Positions 13,326-26,200 of a stretch of 64,000 nt of DNA are shown in pieces. Positions within the stretch are counted from its first letter, which is position 1, and each line of letters begins with the position of its first letter. A model generated the notes under the pieces. The model did not search any database and was not told the origin of the DNA. It saw nothing but the letters and a program-made list of their open reading frames with translations. Source of the DNA: Azolla caroliniana (Eukaryota; Plantae; Polypodiophyta); the NCBI GenBank assembly GCA_043228905.1, contig JBHGNT010000014.1, positions 16,554,001 through 16,618,000 of the forward strand, given 5' to 3'. A program made the translations under genes and the position numbers.

Positions 13326-14353
13326 ACATTGATTCAAACAAGGCCTTAGTGAAGACCGGACGATTCCGGTTAGCTCGGTGGAGATGTACGAAGTCATTGC
13401 TGACTTCGGAGAAAGGGTCGAGTCAGACTGAACGGCTCGCGTGGATACAAGGTACAAGATTGTGGATCGGAAGGTGAGGCCAGTCGCGGCTCCTTTGCCG
13501 GAGGACAACAAGGAGCGGATGAAAAGGGTCGCGTCCAACCCAAGTTTGCGGAATCCGGCCGGCATAGGACACCGGTTCCCTGACATAACGCTACGGGAGC
13601 TCAAGGTTGGTGGGGGTGGCTTTCTACTGCCGACGGAGGAGGACCAGTTTCGGAGGATGCTTGAAAGGCACGGGAAGGCCTTCATATTCTCACCGGAGGA
13701 GATCGGGTGAGTAGACCCGACGATCGTAGAACCGATGGTGATATTCACGGTGTCGCATGTGCTGTGGAATCTCAAACCGATTCCGGTACCCAGAGCTCAC
13801 GTCCTGAAGTTGATGGAGCTGCTGAAACAAAAAGTGGAGATGGGCATCCTCGAGCCGTTGATTGCCCCGTATTCGAATCAGTGGTTCACCGTGCCAAGAA
13901 AGAATAGCACGCTGCGCTTCATACAGGACCTGCAGCTGGTCAACAAGGTGACCATTCGAAACGCAGGTATCAGACGGACAATCGACGAGTTCACAAAGGC
14001 CTTCGTCGGAAGGTCAATCTATTCAATCGGTGATCTATATTCGGGGTATGACCAGTTCCAACTAGCCGTAGAGAGCAGGGATATCACGACGATGCGAACT
14101 CCTCTCGGCCTAGTGCGGATGTGTACCCTACCGCAATGAAGGACCAACTCGGTAGCGCACATGCTGAATGCGATGAACAAGGTACTGAGGGACTGCGTCC
14201 CGGACATCACCATGCCATTCTTGGACGACATCCCGATCAAGGGATGTCCAATAGGGAATACAGACGAATCAGTCAGGTCAGACGGATGCCGAAAATTCAT
14301 CACAGACCACATCAACGACTGCGAGAAGGTGCTACAGAGACTTGAGAGCACGT
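13326..14353 (+). pseudogene. Gypsy pol fragment (RT)
   Basis: DTRYKIVDRKVRPV, LRFIQDLQ, DLYSGYDQFQL, MPFLDDIPIKG. Confidence 0.9.
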
Positions 14354-15266
14354 TATTGCGCTATTACGCACGTGCGTGTAGAAGGGGCAGGACCACGGGG
14401 GTCTTAGACGAGGGAGAAAAGGGATGCCAAGAAAACCGACACCGGACATGACCTGGATGCAACCGAACACGAGAGAGAGAGAGAGACAAAGGAGAGGGAG
14501 AGTGTGCGCGCGACACCGACTTTTATGCACAGGAAGCAAGGGGTTGTGCTCCTGACACCACCAAATACACCTATATGCACAAACAGATACGAGTATGTAT
14601 ATTACTAGGGACCAAGGTAGGTTAGGTTACAACAGCAGTCTGTTGCCAAGCCGCAGATCGGGGGAGCTCTCGGGCTCGTGGCGCCGAGCAGGGTCTTGCA
14701 TAGAAGACCGAGCAGAAACAAACCCTAAACAGACACGAACTCTCTACCCACACGAAGAAGAAGAAGAAGAAGAAGAAGAAGAAGAAGAAGAAAGAAACTA
14801 CCTAACCCTAAATCTAACGGTATACCCTCCTAACTCAAAATGAGCAACCCCTCTACAAGGGACCATCCCTTCCTTTTATAGAATGAGGAGAGGGATGCAT
14901 TACAATGCGGGATAAATCCCGACTTATATGGGATTCTCTGTCCCGACATAACTCCTAATATTCACATGTTTTTACAAGGGTAAGTGCACATGGTGCACTC
15001 CGCCGATTCTTCCGATATTCCCCGATTTCTCACTATGGCCCAGAATCTTCATGACATCTGCCCCCACCAAACCGCATGTCCACCGGTACGTGCCAAGTTC
15101 GGAGAAGGGTGAGAGATTCCGGCCAGTGAGGAACCGGTCTTCCGTAATCCGCATTCCGGTTGCGCGTTGGCCTTGCCGGTCCGAACCGTCGGCTCCGGTT
15201 CCTTCTCCGCGTTTGCCTCCCGCAGGCTCGTTCGACCTGTCGATAGGTCATTCGCCATGATCCCGT
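14354..15266 (-). mobile_element. Gypsy (Trp lineage) 3' LTR 14354-15056 plus short 3' UTR
   Basis: Termini tattgcg (mutated tgtcgcg) and atcttcatgaca; PPT complement follows; contains a (GAA)n run at ~14754-14790. Confidence 0.8.
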
Positions 15267-16476
15267 TGTCGCGTTGTTACGCGCGTGCGTGTAGAAGGGG
15301 CGGGACCACGGGGGTCTCGGACTAGGGAGTAGAGGAGAAGGAATAAGATATGATATGGAGGCTTAGCTCAAGAGGAGAAGAGGAAAGAAAAAGACCATGG
15401 CATAGAGGGAGAGATCGGCGGAGGCAAGATACTCAACAAGTTCTATTAAACAAACGAATAATTACAACAATCGTGGCCGCATGGGCCGCACCAAACAACT
15501 ATGAGAAAACCCTAACCGAAGATGAATAACAAAACCCTAAACGAAACCCTAACCCTAAAACGTTAAGAACTCTAGACTAAGTGGTATACCTCTCATACGC
15601 AAAATAGGCAACCCTTCATAAGTGACCCCTCCCTTCCTTTTATAGCCCAAGGAGGGAGGGACCTTACAATGTGGGATAAAAAATTTCCCCTCTCTTTCTA
15701 TATACCATATCCTAGTATACATGTGCACATGTTGCACACCACCGACTTGCCCTTTCCACCTCGGTTTCCGCCTATGGACGAAAATCTTCACGACATCCAC
15801 CCCCACCAAACCGCACATCCACCGGTATGTGCCAAGAAGGGGAAAGAGGTTGTCGGCCATGGCGGTCAACCGAGTCCTTAACGTCTTTGTCAGCTTTGCC
15901 CGACTTCGTCTTCCACTTCGAGCAAGCCCATCCGTCCCACATGGACCATCGTAGCCTCCCGGTCCGCCATATCCGTCGTTTGCTCTCGAACCGTTGGCTC
16001 CATCTGATCCACCATACTCGACGGAGTTCGTCGAACCACTGTCTCCGCCCGGTCCGCCAGACCCGGTCTTCGCAAACCTCTCTTTACCTTCCTCTATTTT
16101 CCATGCGCGACCTTGGACCGAATCCTCGTTCTTCCCGACTGTTTGCCGAATATCGCACCGTGTTCTCTTCGTCCACGCATGTCTTGCCTCGGCCGCTTCC
16201 TCGACTTAGCACTGTCACGCGCCGAACTTCGTCGTCGCTCATCCTCGTGCTCGTCGCTTGGCCCTTATGCGGCCACATTGCACGTCTCGCACTCCGCTTC
16301 ACTCCGTTGTCGTGAAGTACGAAAGCTTTACATTAAAAGTCTACAATAAGATAAATACGTAATGAAAATAACATTTGATAATGTTTTATATATAAAGATA
16401 ATATTAACAACACATATGATAATATTATATATATATAAAGAAAAATAATATATATATAGATAAATATATTATATTA

Positions 16477-16550
16477 CATGAACAAGAGAGGACTTGAACC
16501 AATAACCCCACCCTATGACTCTCAAATCTTACCATTTACTCTATACTAGT
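16477..16550 (-). other. tRNA-like A/B-box module 1 in LTR of D (copy at 23267-23340)
   Basis: Minus strand TAGAGTAAATGG, 31 nt, then GGTTCAAGTCC. Confidence 0.6.
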
Positions 16551-16643
16551 AATATACATAAAATAAAGCATACTTTATATATACTTTATATTACATAAAG
16601 GATTTGCTTCATGATATAAAAATAAAGTTGTATGTTGTATTCA

Positions 16644-16716
16644 ATAGCATTTTGAGACTCGAACCCACAACCTCATACACCAAAGTTGACACACCTACCA
16701 TTAGGCTAGGCCCTTT
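16644..16716 (-). other. tRNA-like A/B-box module 2 in LTR of D (copy at 23434-23506)
   Basis: Minus strand TAGCCTAATGG (D-stem GCCT/AGGT), AGGTT variable loop, T-arm GTGGG-TTCGAGT-CTCAA. Confidence 0.75.
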
Positions 16717-17373
16717 CTCTTTAAGATTATGTTTTCATGTTTATTGTTATTGCATATATTGTTTCATACATAAAAGCTCAAATGAGCGAGATGTTTATCA
16801 TGCATCACATGCATTTCATGCACTACATGCATGACTTGTACCCTCCAATGCATCATATGCATGGGGGCACCTATTTAAATGGTGAAAGAGAAGATCAAAG
16901 GGAGATATGGATGAGATATCAATCAAATATATATTACATAAGAGATACCATAAAATAGAGAAAGAAAGGAAGAAGTTCAAGATAAAGGTGGAGCTCTAGC
17001 TTGGCGGTCGTGGTGTTCAACTCTCAACAAGAGGGAGGCGGTTCGAGCCTTATCTTCATCAAAATATTGAAGTGAAGATTGTAGTGGTCTACGATCAAGA
17101 AAGAGAAGAGCGATTACCTTGCAAGACAAAGTTCGGAGGTTCAACGACGTGTACAACCACTTTTGTAACTCTTTCATCAAATAATTATAAATCTCTTTTA
17201 TTGCTTCAAATATCATTCTATATCCTATCTTGTCATGTCTTGTTGATCACTATTTATCTATCTCTACTCTTTCGTCTCTTCCGTCCATAATCCCAGTGAT
17301 TCCTTCCTCACTTTCACGATATCTTTTGTCTACGCAACGCTACGCTTCTAGGCGAACCACGTCACGACACAAT

Positions 17374-17391
17374 TTGGTGAACCCGACGTGA
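17374..17391 (+). promoter_or_regulatory. Primer binding site complementary to the plant cytosolic tRNA-Trp 3' end
   Basis: TGGTGAACCCGACGTGA is the reverse complement of ...UCACGUCGGGUUCACCA; a second copy sits at ~54064-54080. Confidence 0.85.
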
Positions 17392-17453
17392 AACGGGGAA
17401 GTAGAAGAGACATCTAAAGTAAAGATCAACATCAACTCGCAAGTACGAGTACA

Positions 17454-19609
17454 ATGGATCCGGTAATGTTGTTTATTGAAAAGTTGAATCAAGATCGATT
17501 ATTTCATGCCTTACGAGAAGTCCGAGAGAAGATTGGTATGTTTGATGGCACAAATATTTCGAAGTATGTGAATATATATTATGATGAAATGGAAATGTCT
17601 GGTATAAATGATGTCAATATGATAGCAAAATTTTATAAATTAGTGGACATGGAATTAAGAGATAGAATTCATGAAATACAAGCATTGCATAGTTTGGATT
17701 GGAATGCATTCAAAGAAGCACTTGTGTCTGAATATGCTCGTGAGGATTTCTCTCGAGTTACTATGCGTTCATTTCATGAATGGATCTTAAAAGAAGATAA
17801 AGGGTTATCTGTGGCTGACACAAAAAAAGAGTTTGATAGGATGTATGGACACTTAAAGCCAGAAGAAAGAAATTCTTTGTCTTGGCAAAAGGTTGCTTTA
17901 TTTTTGCAGGCAGTTGACAAGAGATATAGAAAAGAATTGGAATTCATGCTTGAAGTACCAAATACTGAGGATGGTATAACTGCAGATTGGAATGAGGTAA
18001 CAAATGCTTGTAATAAATTTATGAAAAGAATGCAAAGGAATGGTGCAATGCTACAAATACCACATGTGGGAATCACAAATCGGCTTGAGCAAAACATCGA
18101 AGTTCAAAGACTTCGTCGAGAACCATCACACGAAATGGTCCATCAACCACGAGAAATGACGGGAACTAAAAGTGAGTTTTTGCTTGATGATTTAGTTCAA
18201 AGTATGAAAGATCTAACAATTAAAGTGGCAAAGCTTGAGAATGGTCAGACTTCGAGGTCAAGGGAACCATTTCGACCTCGATGCATGTGGTGTGATAGTC
18301 TCGACCATCGTGTACGTGATTGTGCGGAATATAAAGACATGGAAATCGAGACTTGGTGTATTGGAAAAATGGTAACATTTATTTAAATGAAACTAGAAGT
18401 CCACTTACAAAGAACTTTGGTGATGGTGGTGTTAAGGTTAAATTTGAAGAAGCTGAAGCAAAGAAGGCTTCCGCAATGTACTACTCAGCAACGACAGGAA
18501 TGCGCCTCGATGACATGCCATCCCGATCATCATTCTGGGAGAAGGTTGTAAGTACCACACAAAAGCAAAAGATGAAGATGGAAGACCTTCGTGTTGCCGG
18601 AGATTCTGTAAGGAAAAACACTGGATGGGATGTTCCAGTAGATGCTATGACGGTCTATGCTCAGATGGCAGAACACCAAGAGCATGAGGTGATAGTGGAA
18701 GAAAAAAGGAAAAGATCGGATGATGAGATTGGCTCAACCAAAAAGCATGAAACAAGAGAAAGCAAAAGAAAAGAGATGGACGCAAAAGTTGAAAAAGGTA
18801 AATCTGGTCCTTCATTCAAATTAATGTCTGATATTGAAAAGGATACAGATTTAAAGAAAGTTTTAGAAACAAGAATACTAGACAGTCGAGTAGAATTTAC
18901 ACTAAGAGAAGTGTTAGGTATTGCAAAAAAGGAATTTCATGATGAAATAATTGATATTGTGCGAAGAAAGAAGCAAGTAAATGAGCAGGTTAAAGAGACA
19001 AATCCGAAGGTGGCATATGAAGTGGTGAGCAACGAGTCAAACAATATCATTGTTGACTCTCAACATGCATCAACCTCAATGATAAATTCAAGAGATCTAA
19101 GAAGCCATTACTCTCGCAAATGTTGGGCAAGAGCCACTACTGAGCATCATGTGAAGATTGGAAATATTCCAGACCCCGTGATGGCACTTATTGATCATGG
19201 TTCTGAAATAAATATAATGAGTGCTGATTTTTACAGGAAAGGTAGATGGCCAATTGATACTCAACATGGTTGGCGAGTAAAAGCTGCCACATCAGTCACG
19301 AAAGATTTATTTGGTGCATGCCCAAATGTAAAGGTTACTATTGGTGATATAGAGGTAGATCAACATTTCTTTGTGCAGGAAGGATCTACCTATCCAATAA
19401 TCCTGGGGCAACCATACATTACAGCGGTATGAATGGAGACCAAAGTCCTCGACAATGGTTCTGCCTATGCAAAAATCCGTAGCCAAGATGGACGACGAAC
19501 TGTACAATTTATGACAGTTCGCCCAAATCATGAGAGGAACAAGCAAGAGCTTCGTGATCATTCAATACCAAAAGACTGTGATGATTTTGATAATCAGGTT
19601 TTTGACTAG
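17454..19609 (+). pseudogene. Element D ORF1: gag plus aspartic protease
   Basis: CMWCDSLDHRVRDC knuckle, LIDHGSEIN, IILGQPY; one frameshift (~18350) and one TGA (19430). Confidence 0.9.
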
Positions 19610-22600
19610 GACTGTTGTGAGTGAGGGTTGCAATAGTCCCATTATTAAAAGACCCTCATATAGGGCATTACAACATATGAATAAGTCATTTCATGTTTCT
19701 GAAAGTGGTGCTATATGTGTGACTAGGATGTATGAATGCAAGAGGAACTTGAAAAAGAATGCTAATCTGTTTCAGCAGGCATTGAAGGATAATGCAGTAC
19801 TTGAAATGGAAGAGCAAATTGAAAGTGTTATGGAAGAAATTTCTTTTGCAAATACTTTAGAAGAGTTAGAAATGTATTTGAAAGAAGATGATGAGAATGT
19901 TAGAAAGATACATGTAAACTCAATTGATATGTACTATGAGATTGATAGGTATAATTGTAAATATGAAGAAGTAGAAATTTTATGTAATACAAAATACAAA
20001 ACAATAGATAAAAAGGTCAAACCTGCTACAATACCATTACCTATTGGTAGTGAAGAGAAGATGGAGGCAGCAGCAACCGAGCCTATGCTTCGACCAATAG
20101 AGAAGATCGGACATCACTTCACTTCGGAGACAATAAATAACTTGAGAATCGGAAGGGGTGAATTTCTTCTGTAATCAGAGATCGTGACTTTCAAAGAAAT
20201 GATCTTTAGGCATGGGAAAGTGTTCGCATTCAAAGCTGAGGAGATTGGTTGTGTAAATCCAAAGGTGGTGACGCCAATGGTAATATTTACTATCCCTCAT
20301 ATTCCTTGGAATTTTAAACCTATTGTAGTACCGAGAGCTCGATTACCTCAATTGTTGGAGTTGCTGAAGGATAAAGTCAAGATGAAGATTTTAGAGCCTT
20401 CAAATGCACCATACTCCAATAGATGGTTCACAGTTCCAAAGAAAGATGGTTCTCTAAGATTCATTCAAGATCTACAACCAGTCAACAAAGTCACAATCCG
20501 AAATGTGGGAATTGGACCGATCGTTGATGAATTTGCGGAAGCGTTTGCTGGAAGAGCAATTTACTCTATGGGAGACCTATATTCAGGATACGACCAATTT
20601 CAACTAGCAATTGATAGTCACAACATCACAACAATGAAAACACCAATTGGGTTGGTTCGAATGTGCACTCTACCTCAAGGTGCGACAAATTCGGTTGCTC
20701 ATATGATGAATGCAATGAACAAAGTTCTACATGAATACATCCCAAAGGTAACTATGCCATTTTTAGATGATATTCCTATTAAGGGATGCTTAGAAAGAGA
20801 GAAAGATGAGACTATGGTTGGAAATGGTTGCAGAAAGTTTGTGATGGATCACATTAATGACTGTGAAAGTATTTTAAATAAGCTTGAGCAGGTACATTTG
20901 ACATTATCAGGAACAAAGTCTTGCTTTGGGCAAAACGAAGTTCTAATAGTTGGTCATATGTGTGGGTGGTATGGGAGGAAGCCTTCACCGATCAAAATTA
21001 ACGCAATACAAAATATGAAGGAAGTTTGCGACTCGGTAACAGAGGTGAGAAGATTTTTGGGTGCATGTGTGTTTTATCATATTTGGTTACCACACTTTGC
21101 ACATGTCTCAGATCCTCTCTACCAACTTTTAAGAAAAGGAAAGAAGTTTATTTGGATTGATGAACACACAAGTTGTTCAACAGCTGAAAGAAGCATTACT
21201 GAAAGCACCAGTTCTTCGTCAACCAGACTACAAAGGTGAAAGACCAATTATAGTAACAGTTGATACTAGCCCAATCGGGATTGGTTGGGTTATCAACCAA
21301 GAAGATGAAGACCAACATCGATATGCTATCAGATTTGGAGCAAAGATATTAAATGAAAGACAAAGAAACTATGCACAAGTTAAACGAGAATTGTGGGGTT
21401 TGTTTATTGCATTAAAAACAGATAGAGATTACTTGATCGGAGCAGATGTAGTGGTTCAAACAGATTGTTTGCCACTCATTGGAATGATAGCAAGTTGCAC
21501 GACACCAGATATTGCAATGCTTCGGTGGATTGCATACATCAGAACCATGAACCCAGAATTGCGGCATATAAAGGGAAAAGACAACCCAGTTGCAGATATG
21601 CTGTCAAGGGCAAGGTTCATAAATGAAAAGGTGATGCAAACTGAATATAAGAACTGGGCAACTACAAGCCATCAATTTGCTCATCAAGAATCTATTACGC
21701 CTCATGATGAGTTTAATGTAAGTATAATGTTCAAAGACACAGAGTATGAAGGTCAATGGTTCGAAATAGGAAATTTTCTAAAGACTCAAGAAGCCAACCC
21801 ATCATGGTCGAAGAAACAATTAAATGAATTTCGAAGACGAGCATTCAAGTTTTTTTTACATGAAGGGCATTTATGGAGGCGTCCAAAAAGGTCAACCGAA
21901 AATCCTCTTCGAGTCATTTGTAAGGATGACATTAAGAGAAAATTAATTAATGAATTCCATGATAGTTTGTGGGCAGGACATAGAGGCATATGGGCGACAT
22001 TTATGAAGTTGAAAGAAAAGTATTGGTGGCCACATCTGTATAAAGATGTAACGAAATTTGTGGAAACTTGTGAGGTTTGCCAGAGGTATTCAACTATCCG
22101 GTATCGAGATGAGCTAAAACCAACATATTCATCATCAATGCATTATAAATGGATGGTCGATCTAGTGACAATGCCACTTGGGGAAGGTCAAATGCGATAT
22201 TTAGTACTAGCAAGAGAAGACCTTACAAACCAAGTAGAAGGAAGACCACTACGACAAAAAACAACTAGAGCTGTATCTAAATTTTGTTAGAAGATGTAAT
22301 ATGTCGTTACGGGTGTGTTGGTAAAATAATTGCAGATAGAGGAGAACTCGACTCTGATGAAGCTAGAGAATTCTTCAGCCGAATAGGGGTCAAATTATCA
22401 CTTACAACTGCGTATAATCCAGAGTCCAATGGAAAGATTGAAAGAGGACATAGCCCAATAGTTAAGGCAATCGTGAAAAGCTGTAAAGGCAAAATAAGAG
22501 ATTGGCCACGCATGCTACCTTATGCACTATGGGCGGATCGAACAACTCATAGTTCAGTAACAGGATACATGCCATCTAAATTGATACTTGGCCAAAAGCC

Positions 22601-23057
22601 CATCATGCCGATAGAAGAATCAATTATGTCATGGATATCTATTCCATGGAGAGAAGAGGTGAGCAGAGAAGAATTGCTCGCTTTGCGAATTCAACAATTA
22701 GAGCGTCGACTTGAAGATATAGAAATAGCAGCCCAACGATTGAAGGAGGCTCGACTAAAGAATAAAATCCGTTTTGATAAAAGTCATAGAATTCGACCTA
22801 AGAAAATAGAAGAAGGAGATTGGGTGCTCGTGTATGATAGCAGTTTAGATAATCAACATAGCACCGTCCGCAAGTTTGCTGAAAGATGGTTTGGGCCTTA
22901 TATAGTAAGAAAAGTATATGATAACTTTACTTATAAGCTTAGTGAATTGGATGGGACACTAATCCTAAACGTGGTACCTGGAAAGAGGATAAAAATATTT
23001 AAGAAAAGGTTTGAGCTTGAACCTCCTCCAATAGATCAACATGAAGATGAAAGATAG
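19597..23057 (+). pseudogene. Element D pol: RT, RNase H, integrase
   Basis: DLYSGYDQFQL, FLDDIPIKG, TVDTSP, HHCC, ADRGE, WFGPY; one stop (20172) and two frameshifts (~21170, ~22285). Confidence 0.95.
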
Positions 23058-25714
23058 TGGCACATGCCGGAGGATGTGCAGGTCTAGAGAGGGTGGATGT
23101 CGTGAAGTACGAAAGCTTTACATTAAAAGTCTACAATAAGATAAATACGTAATGAAAATAACATTTGATAATGTTTTATATATAAAGATAATATTAACAA
23201 CACATATGATAATATTATATATATATAAAGAAAAATAATATATATATAAATAAATATATTATATTACATGAACAAGAGAGGACTTGAACCAATAACCCCA
23301 CCCTATGACTCTCAAATCTTACCATTTACTCTATACTAGTAATATATATAAAATAAAGCATACTTTATATATACTTTATATTACATAAAGGATTTGCTTC
23401 ATGATATAAAAATAAAGTTGTATGTTGTATTCAATAGCATTTTGAGACTCGAACCCACAACCTCATACACCAAAGTTGACACACCTACCATTAGGCTAGG
23501 CCCTTTCTCTTTAAGATTATGTTTTCATGTTTATTGTTATTGCATATATTGTTTCATACATAAAAGCTCAAATGAGCGAGATGTTTATCATGCATCACAT
23601 GCATTTCATGCACTACATGCATGACTTGTACCCTCCAATGCATCATATGCATGGGGGCACCTATTTAAATGGTGAAAGAGAAGATCAAAGGGAGATATGG
23701 ATGAGATATCAATCAAATATATATTACATAAGAGATACCATAAAATAGAGAAAGAAAGGAAGAAGTTCAAGATAAAGGTGGAGCTCTAGCTTGGCGGTCG
23801 TGGTGTTCAACTCTCAACAAGAGGGAGGCGGTTCGAGCCTTATCTTCATCAAAATATTGAAGTGAAGATTGTAGTGGTCTACGATCAAGAAAGAGAAGAG
23901 CGATTACCTTGCAAGACAAAGTTCGGAGGTTCAACGACGTGTACAACCACTTTTGTAACTCTTTCATCAAATAATTATAAATCTCTTTTATTGCTTCAAA
24001 TATCATTCTATATCCTATCTTGTCATATCTTGTTGATCACTATTTATCTATCTCTACTCTTTCGTCTCTTCCGTCCATAATCCCAGTGATTCCTTCCTCA
24101 CTTTCACGATATCTTTTGTCTACGCAACGCTACGCTTCTAGGCGAACCACGTCACGACACCGTGTACCCTTTCGAAAAGGTACGTTGCTTCCCCGACATC
24201 CGTGTCGGTGCTCTCATCTTCGGTGTCCCCCGCAACCTCTGAAGTTGCCGCTTCGCCCCAAGGTACACCCTCTTGGTCCGCCTCGTATGTCCTCCGGATG
24301 CGCTCCGGATCTCTCCGATCGCACTCCAGTTTCCGCCCTTTGCATGCTGCTCCTTCGGTTTTATCGTCTCCACATGCCGAACACCTCATTGTGTCGACTC
24401 TTCCCGCTCTGCGCTTGCCTTCCGTAGGCTCTTCCCGTGCACCGATGTTGTCCGCCGAATATGCGCTCATTCTTTGGCCCTTAGGCGACCCCATTCCGCG
24501 TTCCTTGCTTCTCCTTTGCCCGCCATGCTCTCTCGCCGTAGTGCGTACCGTCATCCCAACCTTTGTGTCAGTGTCCCTTGAGGCTCTCGTTACTGCCTCG
24601 CCTCGACTTGCGCCCTCTTGGCCCGCTTGGCCTTGCATGCCCTCCGGGAAGCCGCCGCGTCTTCTCTTCCCGGTGTGTACCCCGTTGTTCTCCGCGCACC
24701 ATCCTTTGCTCTCGTCGTTCATCCACCGATCCCGGAAACTCACTGCTCCGTCTCTTGCCACGTGCTTACCTCTCAAAGGCTCGACCTGTCCGTCGTTGCC
24801 GGTCACTCGTTGTCGCTCTTCCGGGTGCATGCTTGCTTCTTGGCCCTTCGCCGGCTGTAGTGCATCCTCCGTTTTACGCCGTAGTGCATACTTCGTATTA
24901 TGCGCCTCATCCACCGTAGACCCGACCTCCGCGTCGGTCTCTTCGTCCTTCGTTGTCGTACACTCTTCCGTCTCCGTTTGGCCCTCTTGGCCCTGCTCGT
25001 CCGTCTTCATGCACCGGGTACCCGTTCCGGTAGCCTCGTCCATTCCGGTCTCCGACTCCTTGCCGCCACCCGTCGTCTCTCCGGTCTTATGTTGATCCGC
25101 AACCGCCGAAGTCTCAAGGATAGATGTGGAGGGCTCCTCTCGCTCTTGGCCTCCCACTGAGTCGTACTCCTCGTGCATGCTTGGCCTCCTTCTCGCGCTC
25201 ACCGGCTCCCACCGGGTGTTGTGGCTCGTTCACCTCGACCTCCAATCATGCCGACTTAGCCTTCGCCCAGATCGGTCTCGGCCGATCGAGTTCCGGTTTG
25301 GTCGGCTCCCTTCCGTAATCGTAACCAGCCGGTACATTTTGTCCGAACAAATCTGGCCTTGCCGGCTCTTCTTCGGTTCGGGACCGGTTGACCGGACCCC
25401 GCTCCAATCTTCTTCCGCGTCGTCTTCTGTTCGTGTCGGATTATCGACCGGTTCATCTTCCGGTCGGGTCGGTTCCCAACTCTCTCCTCTTTGCCACTCC
25501 CAACCTCTCCGTCGGTCCTCTTGTACATGCCCGTTTCGGGCCTCACATCCTGATCTTCCTACGTGTTCGCTCTGGGCCACGCCTCCTCACGGCCACCGCC
25601 CTTCTCTCCGGTCTTATGTTGGCATTCGAGCGCAACCGCCATGGTCTCCGGCTCCGGTGTCGAGGGGTGTCTCCTCCATCCACGATGACCTTCCTCGTTG
25701 TCGTTTTGATCGTC

Positions 25715-26200
25715 TGCTTTGCCGCCACCACCTTCCGTCTCTCCGGTCTCACATGGGCTCTCGGGGCCGACCGCCGAAGTCTCTAGAATAGGTGGGGAGA
25801 AAGTCTCGATACCATCACTCGCCGATGTCATGTTTGTAGCCACCTTCGTTCGGACGCCGTTGTCCGTGGCTATCTCGTCCCCGGTTACGGAAGCCTCGGT
25901 TATGCTTGCTACCTCCTCGTCCTCGTCCTCATCCCGGTTGCCCGCCTTGCCGCCGCCACCGCCCGTCGCTCTAGGTCTCACGGCGGCACTCGGGCCGACC
26001 GCCGGAGCCTCTAGGGCCGGTGTGTGTAAGATCCCGGCACCGCTGCTCGTTATGTCCGTAGCCACCTCTATCCAGACGTCGTTGTCTGTGGCTATCCCGT
26101 CTCCGATCGCGGAAGCCTCGATTACGCTTGCCGCCTCCTCTTCCTCGATCTCCTTATTGTCGTCTTGGTTGCCCCCCTTGCCGCCGCCACTGCCAGCATG
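25715..26200 (-). repeat. Two diverged ~235-bp repeats encoding acidic/GGGGK units
   Basis: ORF 25559..26248 repeats EEAASVIEASAIGDGIATDN / EEVASITEASVTGDEIATDN; partial copies near 25060 and 25600. Confidence 0.7.

Larger units (their letters stand above)
16308..24159 (+). mobile_element. Full-length young Ty3/Gypsy element D (tRNA-Trp primed, no chromodomain seen; Phygy/Selgy-like placement is tentative)
   Basis: LTRs 16308-17369 and 23098-24159 (1062 bp, three transitions seen); 4-bp TSD ccgt; PBS TGGTGAACCCGACGTGA; PPT agagagggtgga; gag-PR-RT-RH-INT order. Confidence 0.97.

Noticed and set aside
14754-14790. Poly-Glu ORF
   Set aside because: Simple (GAA)n microsatellite in an LTR
16644-16716. 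Functional tRNA-Gln(TTG) gene
   Set aside because: Acceptor and anticodon stems do not pair; kept only as a tRNA-like promoter module
16604-17290. Short ORFs duplicated at 23394-24080
   Set aside because: They lie within the LTRs and are duplicated only because the LTRs are
19430-19432. Programmed stop-codon readthrough after the protease
   Set aside because: The homologous codon is TGC in element G, and stops occur at other positions in other copies; best explained by CGA>TGA deamination
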